A stretch of DNA of 52,880 nucleotides from an uncultured Gammaproteobacteria bacterium (GTDB taxonomy: Bacteria > Patescibacteriota > Patescibacteriia > Magasanikbacterales > JBBTXJ01), in contig CAZWRL010000002.1 of NCBI GenBank assembly GCA_964636345.1, positions 1 to 52,880 on the forward strand. The letters run 5' to 3'. Made by a program: the position numbers and the translations under genes. Below, in pieces: positions 46,467 through 52,880 of the stretch (positions are counted from its first letter, which is position 1; each line of letters opens with the position of its first letter). The notes beneath the pieces were generated by a model. The model searched no databases and was not told the DNA's origin. It saw nothing but the letters and a program-made list of their open reading frames with translations.

Positions 46467-47894
46467 TTATGCCTTCACCCGATTCAAAAAATAACGAATT
46501 TCCTCGGTCTTGACAAGGCCCGTCATAACCAATCCACCACAGTATAACACGCCGCCAATGACGAGGGTAAGATACCACGGAATAATACTTTTTCCGAACC
46601 ACATGAGCGCGCCAATGACGGCAGCAAGCAGACCAGTGGCAAATATCCACGCAAGCAAACGACCTTGATGAATGCGGGCAATTTTTGGCACAAACACATA
46701 GCCCACAACAAAAAGTGTTATATTGCCACATAAAGCGGCAATGGCAGCGCCAATCACACCATAGGAGGGAATCAACATAATATTGGTAGCCACATTTACT
46801 GCCATCGCGATACCCATGGCGGTTGTTTGTGTGCCTTGCCGATTACACCCATTCAACAGTGATCCGACAGGGAAATCGATAAACGCAAAAAGAAGAGACG
46901 CGAGCAAAATTTGCATCGGCACAATGGCCGGCGCGTATTCCGCCGTATAAATGGTGAGAATAATTTCTTGCGAAAGAACGCCAAGAAATACGGCGATCGG
47001 CATCGCCACGATAATCAAATACTTCATCGCGCGTTCAAACAAATAGGTGAGATGCGCACGATCAGACACAAAGGCCTCGCTCATGCGTGGATAGAGAGCG
47101 GCGGACAAGGCAAGCGGAATAAATTGAAACGCAAACGTGATTTTATTGGGAATACTGTACCACCCGACCGCCGCGTTCCCCGCTAATTTAGAAAGAAACA
47201 CGGTATCACTGTACGAATACACACGCGCAAAAATACCCGCGAGCGCAAACGGAAACGCCGCCATAAGCAACGACGCGATCAGCGGCCGATTCCAGCCAAG
47301 CGTAATCCGCACGTGCGCCTTGTAGCGTAACATATATGACGCGTAGAGCACGTTCAGAAAACTTGAAATAATAAACGCAATAATCAGCCACATCAGCGGC
47401 TGACCAAGGAGGAGCGCAACCGTGCCGATACAGAGCGTGGTGAATTGGCTCATCACAATAGCAAGCGCTTCGTATTTCAATTTATGCAAACCGCGTAATA
47501 CCGCATAGAATGAGAGATGCAAGGAATCAAAAATCATGGTAATGCCGGATAACGCGATCAGGAGTTGCATTTCGGCAGAATACTCCAAAAGAGACGCCAC
47601 CAGCATCATCACCACATAGGTACCGGCTATCAGCAGTGTTTTCACCGCGAGCACTGAACCGAGATGTTTTGACGCCTCCTCCGGTTTACGCGCCACTTCC
47701 CTATTCAAACTTGGCGAGAGGCCAAAATCCGTTATCACCGCAAAAATGGTGGTAAACGAAAGCGCAAGAAAGTATTTACCGGTATCCTCGGCGCCCACCA
47801 TGCGCGCGATAAACGTAAAATACAAAAAGGACAGAATTTTCTGCCCGACAGACGCGAGCGTCATGTATGCTGTATTCCGTGCGACTGAAGCCAT
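46467..47894 (-). CDS. polysaccharide flippase (Wzx/MOP superfamily)
   Basis: 475 aa with about 14 transmembrane segments. The N-terminus ARNTAYMTLASVGQKILSFLYFTFIARMVG is typical of Wzx-like proteins. The ATG at 47894 follows the rpsI terminator; the ORF-track extension to 48185 overlaps rpsI. Confidence 0.85.
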   Translation of the reverse strand: MASVARNTAYMTLASVGQKILSFLYFTFIARMVGAEDTGKYFLALSFTTIFAVITDFGLSPSLNREVARKPEEASKHLGSVLAVKTLLIAGTYVVMMLVASLLEYSAEMQLLIALSGITMIFDSLHLSFYAVLRGLHKLKYEALAIVMSQFTTLCIGTVALLLGQPLMWLIIAFIISSFLNVLYASYMLRYKAHVRITLGWNRPLIASLLMAAFPFALAGIFARVYSYSDTVFLSKLAGNAAVGWYSIPNKITFAFQFIPLALSAALYPRMSEAFVSDRAHLTYLFERAMKYLIIVAMPIAVFLGVLSQEIILTIYTAEYAPAIVPMQILLASLLFAFIDFPVGSLLNGCNRQGTQTTAMGIAMAVNVATNIMLIPSYGVIGAAIAALCGNITLFVVGYVFVPKIARIHQGRLLAWIFATGLLAAVIGALMWFGKSIIPWYLTLVIGGVLYCGGLVMTGLVKTEEIRYFLNRVKA

Positions 47895-47923
47895 AACTTC
47901 ACCTAGTGTAGCAAAATAAAGGC

Positions 47924-47956
47924 AAAAAAAGAAGGCCGCTGATAGAGCGGCCTTCT
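47924..47956 (-). terminator. Rho-independent terminator after rpsI
   Basis: Minus strand AGAAGGCCGC-tctatca-GCGGCCTTCT followed by TTTTTTTG. Confidence 0.8.
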
Positions 47957-47967
47957 TGTGCACCCAA

Positions 47968-48381
47968 TTACCGCTTGCTCCACTGTGGAGCGCGGCGGGC
48001 GCGTTTGAGACCCGGTTTCTTCCGTTCCTTGGCGCGTGGATCGCGACGCAAGAATCCTTCAGCTTTGAGTGATTTGCGCAAATCAGCGTTCCATTTGATG
48101 AGCGCGCGCGCAATGCCATGACGCGCCGCTTCCGCTTGACCGCGGATACCGCCGCCGGCAACGCATATGGAAATATCAAAAACATCTTCCTTGCCTACGG
48201 TGCGGAGTGGCGCGCGTACCGCGTCCTGCAATTCAAACAATGTGAAGTAGTTTTTGAGCGGTCGATCATTCACCGTAATGACGCCGGTGCCGCTCGGCAT
48301 TAATCGAACACGCGCGGCTGCGGTTTTACGTCTGCCAAGCGCGCGAACGAATGAGTTTTCTGTACCAGTTTCTTTATCCAT
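47968..48381 (-). CDS. rpsI: 30S ribosomal protein S9
   Basis: The C-terminus GFLRRDPRAKERKKPGLKRARRAPQWSKR is diagnostic. Confidence 0.95.
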   Translation of the reverse strand: MDKETGTENSFVRALGRRKTAAARVRLMPSGTGVITVNDRPLKNYFTLFELQDAVRAPLRTVGKEDVFDISICVAGGGIRGQAEAARHGIARALIKWNADLRKSLKAEGFLRRDPRAKERKKPGLKRARRAPQWSKR

Positions 48382-48384
48382 AGA

Positions 48385-48735
48385 TTATTTTACAACTGTC
48401 AAATGTTTCATCCGGGGATCACGCAATTTATTTTTGGGCAACATCTTGCGCACCGTTTCATGCAAAAGCCGTGCGCTATCACGCGCAAATGCCTCTTTGA
48501 GCGGAATGCGCTTTAAACCACCGGGATATCCTGAATGAGTAATACGCTCATTTTTTTCTAACTTCTTACCGGTAAATTTCATCTGACCAACGTTGATGAC
48601 GCGCACCTGATCGCCTGAAACAACGTTTGGCGCAAAATCCGGCTTATGTTTTCCACACAAAATACTCACCACGGCGGTGGCGATTCTTCCCGGCGTTTTA
48701 CCGGCCGCGTCAATTTCAATAATCTGCGCGTTCAT
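48385..48735 (-). CDS. rplM: 50S ribosomal protein L13 (short N-terminus)
   Basis: IDAAGKTPGRIAT...CGKHKPDFAPNVVSGDQVRVIN...HSGYPGGLK. The ATG at 48735 overlaps the rplQ stop; the ORF is open to 48786. Confidence 0.9.
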   Translation of the reverse strand: MNAQIIEIDAAGKTPGRIATAVVSILCGKHKPDFAPNVVSGDQVRVINVGQMKFTGKKLEKNERITHSGYPGGLKRIPLKEAFARDSARLLHETVRKMLPKNKLRDPRMKHLTVVK

Positions 48736-48736
48736 A

Positions 48737-49087
48737 TTATACGAGTTCAATTTGTGCGACAGCGGCGCCATCACCCTTACGCTCACCCAGTTTCACGATG
48801 CGCGTATAACCGCCCGCGCGCTCTTTGTAGCGCGGTCCCAACACCTCCATGCACTTACGCACCGCATTATCCGTATAGAGCGTCTTTGAAATTTCCCGGC
48901 GCGCGTGCAACGTATTCTCCTTGCAACGAGAAATTATCTGTTCAACCAAGGGTCTAACCGCCTTGGCTTTTGCTTCCGTGGTTTTTACCTTTTCGTACAA
49001 AATAACATTTTCTAGAAGACCACGAAGAAGCGCCCGGCGTGGACCAGCCTTTCTATCAAGGGTGACGCTTTTATCGCGATGACGCAT
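48737..49087 (-). CDS. rplQ: 50S ribosomal protein L17
   Basis: MRHRDKSVTLDRKAGPRRALLRGL...TTEAKAKAVRPLVE...AGGYTRI. Confidence 0.95.
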   Translation of the reverse strand: MRHRDKSVTLDRKAGPRRALLRGLLENVILYEKVKTTEAKAKAVRPLVEQIISRCKENTLHARREISKTLYTDNAVRKCMEVLGPRYKERAGGYTRIVKLGERKGDGAAVAQIELV

Positions 49088-49093
49088 ACGTAA

Positions 49094-49945
49094 TTATTCT
49101 TCTTTTGATTCTTCTTCCGCCACTGCCTCATCCGCTTTAATTTCTTCCTCTTCTTCAACCTCGGGAGCAACATCCTTGGAAACCGCTTTCGTATCTGTTG
49201 CCTCTTCTGCGATTTCTTCCGCAGATGGCGCCTCTTCCTTTTCAAGCCCAACCGATTCCATACCACCCTGAATAATGCGCAGATGATCCATCAAAATTTC
49301 AACCGCCTGATTTAAGGCATCTTTTGGCAACATGGTGCCGTCCGTTTCAATATCAAGCGTCAGTTTCTCATAGTTTGTTACGTCACCAACGCGCGTAAAA
49401 TCAACCGAGTAACCCACATCAACAATAGGGGTATACATGGCGTCAATGGCTATGGTGCCAATATCCATGGTTGCGCGTTTACGCTCTTCAACCGGCACAT
49501 AGCCACGTCCCTGGCTTACGGTTAACTCCATGTCAAGTTCCGTCTTGGTATCAGTAATAGTGGCAATCACAAAATCTTTGTTGATAATTTCCACATCCGA
49601 CGTTGTTTTAATGGCCTCAGCCGTTATTTCCCCCACGCCTTTCGCGCGCAAATTAATGGTAACCGGTTCAGCGGAAAAAACGCGCAAACGCAGTTTCTTA
49701 AGATTCAAAACAATGTCAACAATATCCTCTTTAACACCGGGAACTGTTGAAAATTCATGTTGCACACCCTTGATTTTGACCGCGGTCACCGCAGCACCTG
49801 GCAGGGACGACAAAAGTACGCGCCGGAGGGCGTTCCCCAGAGTGGTGCCATAGCCGTGGTAACACGGCGTAATAACCACACGCCCCCGGTGCGGTTGGTC
49901 ACCATCCTGGATTTGGATCGTTGATGGAAGAAGAAGTTTTTCCAT
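49094..49945 (-). CDS. rpoA: DNA-directed RNA polymerase subunit alpha, N-terminal domain only plus an acidic tail
   Basis: NTD motifs (GYGTTLGNALRRVLLSSLPGAAV; SQGRGYVP) are present. The last 50 aa or so are Glu/Ala-rich low complexity, and no alpha-CTD HhH sequence is present. Confidence 0.88.
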   Translation of the reverse strand: MEKLLLPSTIQIQDGDQPHRGRVVITPCYHGYGTTLGNALRRVLLSSLPGAAVTAVKIKGVQHEFSTVPGVKEDIVDIVLNLKKLRLRVFSAEPVTINLRAKGVGEITAEAIKTTSDVEIINKDFVIATITDTKTELDMELTVSQGRGYVPVEERKRATMDIGTIAIDAMYTPIVDVGYSVDFTRVGDVTNYEKLTLDIETDGTMLPKDALNQAVEILMDHLRIIQGGMESVGLEKEEAPSAEEIAEEATDTKAVSKDVAPEVEEEEEIKADEAVAEEESKEE

Positions 49946-49950
49946 AAAAA

Positions 49951-50562
49951 TTAACGTGAATAAAATTCAATAATAGGACGTGGGTCAAACAACATGCGCA
50001 ATTCTTCCGTGTTTGGTTTCCCGAGCACCGTGCCGCTCCACGCTGCCGGATCAAAACGAAGCCAACTTGGCGTCTCGCGGGATGCTAAGGATTCGCGAAC
50101 GGTATCAAACAATTTACTCTCGCGTTTTTCCATCCGCACGCTCACGACATCGTTGGGTCGCACCTGATACGAAGGAATGTCAATCCGCTTGCCGTTCACT
50201 TCAACATGACCGTGATTCACCAGTTGACGCGCGGCCGCACGAGTTTTTGTTAACCCCAAACGATACACCACATTATCCAAGCGCATCTCAAGCAATTCTT
50301 TGAGGAGCAGACCGGTGTCACCTTTGGTGGCGGTTGCGCGTTCAACATACGCGCGAAATTGACGTTCCAATAATCCGTATAAATGACGCGCCTTTTGTTT
50401 TTCTTGCAATTGAAACGCAAATCCCGCGCTCACACGACGCGCACTGGCGCCGTGCACGCCAGGAGGCGTGCCTCTCCGTTTGAGGGCACATCGCTCGCGT
50501 CCGCACACTGACATGCCGAGACGCCGGCACACCGTACATGTTCTTTTAGTGATACGTCCCAT
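49951..50562 (-). CDS. rpsD: 30S ribosomal protein S4
   Basis: The N-terminal Cys-containing segment CTVCRRLGMSVCGRERC, then FRAYVERA and an S4 domain (LDNVVYRLGLTKTRAAARQLVNHGHVEVNG). The ATG at 50562 abuts the rpsK stop. Confidence 0.93.
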   Translation of the reverse strand: MGRITKRTCTVCRRLGMSVCGRERCALKRRGTPPGVHGASARRVSAGFAFQLQEKQKARHLYGLLERQFRAYVERATATKGDTGLLLKELLEMRLDNVVYRLGLTKTRAAARQLVNHGHVEVNGKRIDIPSYQVRPNDVVSVRMEKRESKLFDTVRESLASRETPSWLRFDPAAWSGTVLGKPNTEELRMLFDPRPIIEFYSR

Positions 50563-50563
50563 A

Positions 50564-50974
50564 TTAGACCCTTCGTGGTTTAGGCGGCCGACAACCATTA
50601 TGCGGAATCGGCGTCACATCCTTAATTGATTTCACAAAAAACCCATTGGCATTTAACGCGCGCATCGCGCCTTCGCGACCGCCGCCGATACCCTTGACTT
50701 GCACATGCAACTCTTTGACACCGCACGAGACAATCTTATCCGCAACATCCTTAACCACGAGTGACGCGGCATAGGGCGTTGCTTTCTTCGGACCCTTAAA
50801 ACCCACTACACCCGCGCTTGACCATCCGAGCACATTGCCCTCTAAATCGGTAATCGTAACAATCGTGTTGTTGTAACTTGCCTGAATATAGGCATTGCCT
50901 TGCGCCACCTGACGCACGGTCTTTTTCTTTGCCCTCACTTTTTTCTCTTTTTTTTCTTGCACTGCTTCAGTCAT
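50564..50974 (-). CDS. rpsK: 30S ribosomal protein S11
   Basis: GNAYIQASYNNTIVTITD...GFKGPKKATPYAA...IKDVTPIPHNGCRPPKPRRV. Confidence 0.96.
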   Translation of the reverse strand: MTEAVQEKKEKKVRAKKKTVRQVAQGNAYIQASYNNTIVTITDLEGNVLGWSSAGVVGFKGPKKATPYAASLVVKDVADKIVSCGVKELHVQVKGIGGGREGAMRALNANGFFVKSIKDVTPIPHNGCRPPKPRRV

Positions 50975-50977
50975 ACA

Positions 50978-51367
50978 TTAGGTCTTTTGTGCCGACGGTT
51001 TACGTCCAGAACCCATGGTGTGACGCACATTCCCGCGCACGGTACGGGTATTCGTGCGTGTACGCTGGCCGCGCACCGGCAAGCGTCTCAAATGGCGAAC
51101 ACCGCGATACGATTTAATATCCGTTAAACGTTTAATATTGCTCCGCACTTCGCGACGTAAATCACCTTCCACCTTATAACTCTTTTCTACCAACTGACGA
51201 AGCGCGTTTTCTTCTTCGGGCGTTAAATTTTTAGTGCGCGTATCCGGATTAAGGTTCGCGGCAGTAACAATACGCGCAGCGGTGGTTGGACCGATACCAT
51301 AAATATAGGTGAGCGCCACCACGATACGTTTATCTTGCGGGATTGTGACACCGGCAATACGAGCCAT
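50978..51367 (-). CDS. rpsM: 30S ribosomal protein S13
   Basis: [26 protein letters not shown]...[21 protein letters not shown]. Confidence 0.96.
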   Translation of the reverse strand: MARIAGVTIPQDKRIVVALTYIYGIGPTTAARIVTAANLNPDTRTKNLTPEEENALRQLVEKSYKVEGDLRREVRSNIKRLTDIKSYRGVRHLRRLPVRGQRTRTNTRTVRGNVRHTMGSGRKPSAQKT

Positions 51368-51371
51368 AGGA

Positions 51372-51485
51372 TTACCCTTGTCGCTGTTTATGCTTTGGTT
51401 TTTTGCACATCACAATCACCCGCTGTTTGCGACGGGTAATTTTGCAATCCTTGCAAATTTTTTTTACGGATGCGCGAACTTTCAT
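51372..51485 (-). CDS. rpmJ: 50S ribosomal protein L36 (37 aa; below the ORF-track cutoff)
   Basis: Manual translation of the minus strand gives [37 protein letters not shown], with a stop at 51372-51374. Confidence 0.93.
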   Translation of the reverse strand: MKVRASVKKICKDCKITRRKQRVIVMCKKPKHKQRQG

Positions 51486-51503
51486 TGTCGTCAGACCTTT
51501 GTT

Positions 51504-51575
51504 AATGAAAACGAACAACCGATGTCGTGATATCAACGCTCAAGAGAGCTACACCACAACGGTTGTTCGTTTTCA
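51504..51575 (-). promoter_or_regulatory. long perfect hairpin in the infA-rpmJ spacer (candidate processing or attenuation structure)
   Basis: ATGAAAACGAACAACCG (51504-51520) pairs perfectly over 17 bp with CGGTTGTTCGTTTTCAT (51559-51575). The loop contains a GCTC-aaga-GAGC mini-hairpin. Confidence 0.55.
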
Positions 51576-51582
51576 TGTTTAA

Positions 51583-51798
51583 TTAAAAACGGTATGTAAT
51601 TCTGCCTTTTGAAAGATCATAGGGTGTCAATTCCAACTTTACTTCATCGCCAACCAAAAGACGTATGCTATTCCGACGCATTTTTCCGGCAAGATAGGCA
51701 ATAATTTTGTGCCCACCATCCAGCTCAACCGAGAATTTAGCGCCGGGTAGAAGTTCAAGAACCCTACCGCGCGCCTCTACCACGTCTTGTTTTGCCAT
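51583..51798 (-). CDS. infA: translation initiation factor IF-1
   Basis: [71 protein letters not shown]. Confidence 0.96.
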   Translation of the reverse strand: MAKQDVVEARGRVLELLPGAKFSVELDGGHKIIAYLAGKMRRNSIRLLVGDEVKLELTPYDLSKGRITYRF

Positions 51799-51846
51799 GA
51801 GTACAGATTACTTACCGCCCCATGGCGGTCCCTATAGGATGGGTAT

Positions 51847-51875
51847 ATTCTACCAGGGTCTATTTTTGCTGTCAA
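51847..51875 (-). promoter_or_regulatory. sigma70 promoter of the infA-rpmJ-rpsMKD-rpoA-rplQ-rplM-rpsI operon
   Basis: Minus strand TTGACA (51875-51870), a 17-nt spacer, then TGgTAGAAT (-10 at 51852-51847). A leader of about 45 nt with an ACCGCC-atgg-GGCGGT hairpin follows. Confidence 0.7.
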
Positions 51876-51922
51876 CCACGCCAATCGGATGGTGGGGATA
51901 AACGGCCAAAGACAGCCAAAAA

Positions 51923-52351
51923 TCAGTCCTTATACACCCAGTAATTATACAACAAAAAGTTCCAGCTTACCGCAAGCGCTACGGTTGCCGCGCGAATCAA
52001 GAGATGATGAACGCCGAACACTTCATTTCCAACATACATGGCGGCTTCACCAAAAAGATAGTTAAAACCGAGTACTACACTATAGCGCACAAGTTGCCGG
52101 CCATGTGCTCCTCTACTTCCAAATGACCAATATTTATTCAGGAGATAATTATACGTGATAACCATAATTTGCGTTACCAAAAGCGCAACAAGCGGCCGAA
52201 TGCGCAACACATCGCTTGCGATATACAGAAGTCCAAGATCCAAGATAAGGCCGCTGATGCCAACAAAAAAATACTTTACAAATTTCTTTTTGTGCGCCCG
52301 GCCCCATGCGATGGAACGAACAAGTGTTTGATGCATCTTATTTCTTTTCAT
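51923..52351 (-). CDS. GtrA-family membrane protein
   Basis: FVKYFFVGISGLILDLGLLY...LNKYWSF... is typical of GtrA-like proteins. Start at ATG 52351 (14-nt overlap with alaS) or ATG 52336. Confidence 0.75.
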   Translation of the reverse strand: MKRNKMHQTLVRSIAWGRAHKKKFVKYFFVGISGLILDLGLLYIASDVLRIRPLVALLVTQIMVITYNYLLNKYWSFGSRGAHGRQLVRYSVVLGFNYLFGEAAMYVGNEVFGVHHLLIRAATVALAVSWNFLLYNYWVYKD

Positions 52352-52880
52352 CGGCCAGCACGGCGGCCTTAATGCGCCGCACGCCAGCAGAGACCGCCTC
52401 TTCTTTCTGTATGGTAAAACCACCCAGTTCTCCGGTATGGGTTACATGCGGACCGCCGCAGATTTCTTTTGAAAAAAATCCGCGCTTCTCGTCTCCGACA
52501 AAATACACTTTTAATTTGTTATCAAGCGTGGCGTATTTGTCGTCAAAATAACCAATGGCGCCGCGCTCTTTCGCTTCTTCCGGCGTGAGTTCTTCAAAGT
52601 GCACCGGGAGGTCTTTTTTTATTTGCTCATTCACCATATCTTCAATTTCTTTGAGTGTATCGGCTGGAATTTTTTCTCCGTAGTTGAAATCAAAACGAAG
52701 GCGTTCCGCCGTGATATTACTCCCCTTTTGTTCTATTTTCTCGCCTAATACATTTTTGAGCGCGCGATGAAGGAGGTGTGTTGCTGTGTGGAGTCGCACC
52801 ACTTCCGCGCTGTGGTCCGCGAGTCCGCCCGCGAATTTCTGCTCGGCGCCTTTGCGAGAGAGTTCCTGGTGATTTTTGAA
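52338..52880 (-). CDS. alaS: alanyl-tRNA synthetase, C-terminal (editing domain) portion; the 5' part lies outside the window
   Basis: The reading frame is open to the window edge. GGLADHSAEVVRLHTATHLLHRALKNVLG...RLRFDF...CGGPHV...GVRRIKA are the AlaRS second-additional/editing-domain motifs. The protein stops about 8 aa later, with no C-Ala domain. Confidence 0.85.
   Translation of the reverse strand, partial: FKNHQELSRKGAEQKFAGGLADHSAEVVRLHTATHLLHRALKNVLGEKIEQKGSNITAERLRFDFNYGEKIPADTLKEIEDMVNEQIKKDLPVHFEELTPEEAKERGAIGYFDDKYATLDNKLKVYFVGDEKRGFFSKEICGGPHVTHTGELGGFTIQKEEAVSAGVRRIKAAVLADEKK

Noticed and set aside
47895-48185. 97-aa N-terminal extension of the flippase ORF (ORF track 46467-48185)
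   Set aside because: It overlaps the 3' part of rpsI in another frame and runs through the rpsI terminator hairpin. The MASVARNTAY start at 47894 gives a typical Wzx N-terminus.

Overview
A 52.9-kb window from a small-genome bacterium. Its compact overlapping genes, domain-reduced housekeeping proteins and glycosyltransferase/flippase cluster suggest a CPR/Patescibacteria-like (Parcubacteria-type) lineage; this is an inference from gene content only. Gene order: (1) Fe-S assembly genes (nifS 3' end, NifU/IscU scaffold split by a LAGLIDADG intein, two ferredoxins), then rsmI, metG, cvpA and tatD. (2) A complete F1Fo ATP synthase operon (atpZ-B-E-F-H-A-G-D-C) with its own promoter and terminator. 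(3) A UvrD-type helicase fused to a Cas4-like nuclease, then dciA (DUF721), proS, mreBCD-PBP2, greA, lysS, a cytidylyltransferase, serS and an ftsQ-like gene. (4) A small accessory slot with an orphan minus-strand gene, then polX. (5) A roughly 1.45-kb, compositionally foreign high-GC island with two unknown minus-strand ORFs, driven by a consensus host-type promoter. (6) An M23 peptidase, gltX, DUF1003, a tagA-like gene, a CIRCE-controlled clpB, a secreted protein, a priA-like gene with degenerate ATPase motifs, def, fmt and an O-antigen-ligase-like gene. (7) A roughly 600-nt GC-rich, heavily structured intergenic transcript candidate with its own promoter and strong intrinsic terminator. It does not match RNase P, tmRNA or SRP signatures. 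(8) A minus-strand GT2-GT4-flippase operon. (9) A minus-strand ribosomal/RNAP operon (infA-rpmJ-rpsM-rpsK-rpsD-rpoA-rplQ-rplM-rpsI), then gtrA and the alaS 3' end. The most notable observations are the high-GC island, the large structured RNA candidate, the intein at the cluster-ligand Cys of IscU, an ATPase-dead PriA, an RpoA lacking the alpha-CTD, palindromic elements inserted in frame into coding genes, and extended -10 promoters abutting start codons (leaderless architecture). No rRNA, tRNA, CRISPR array, transposase or integrase was recognised.
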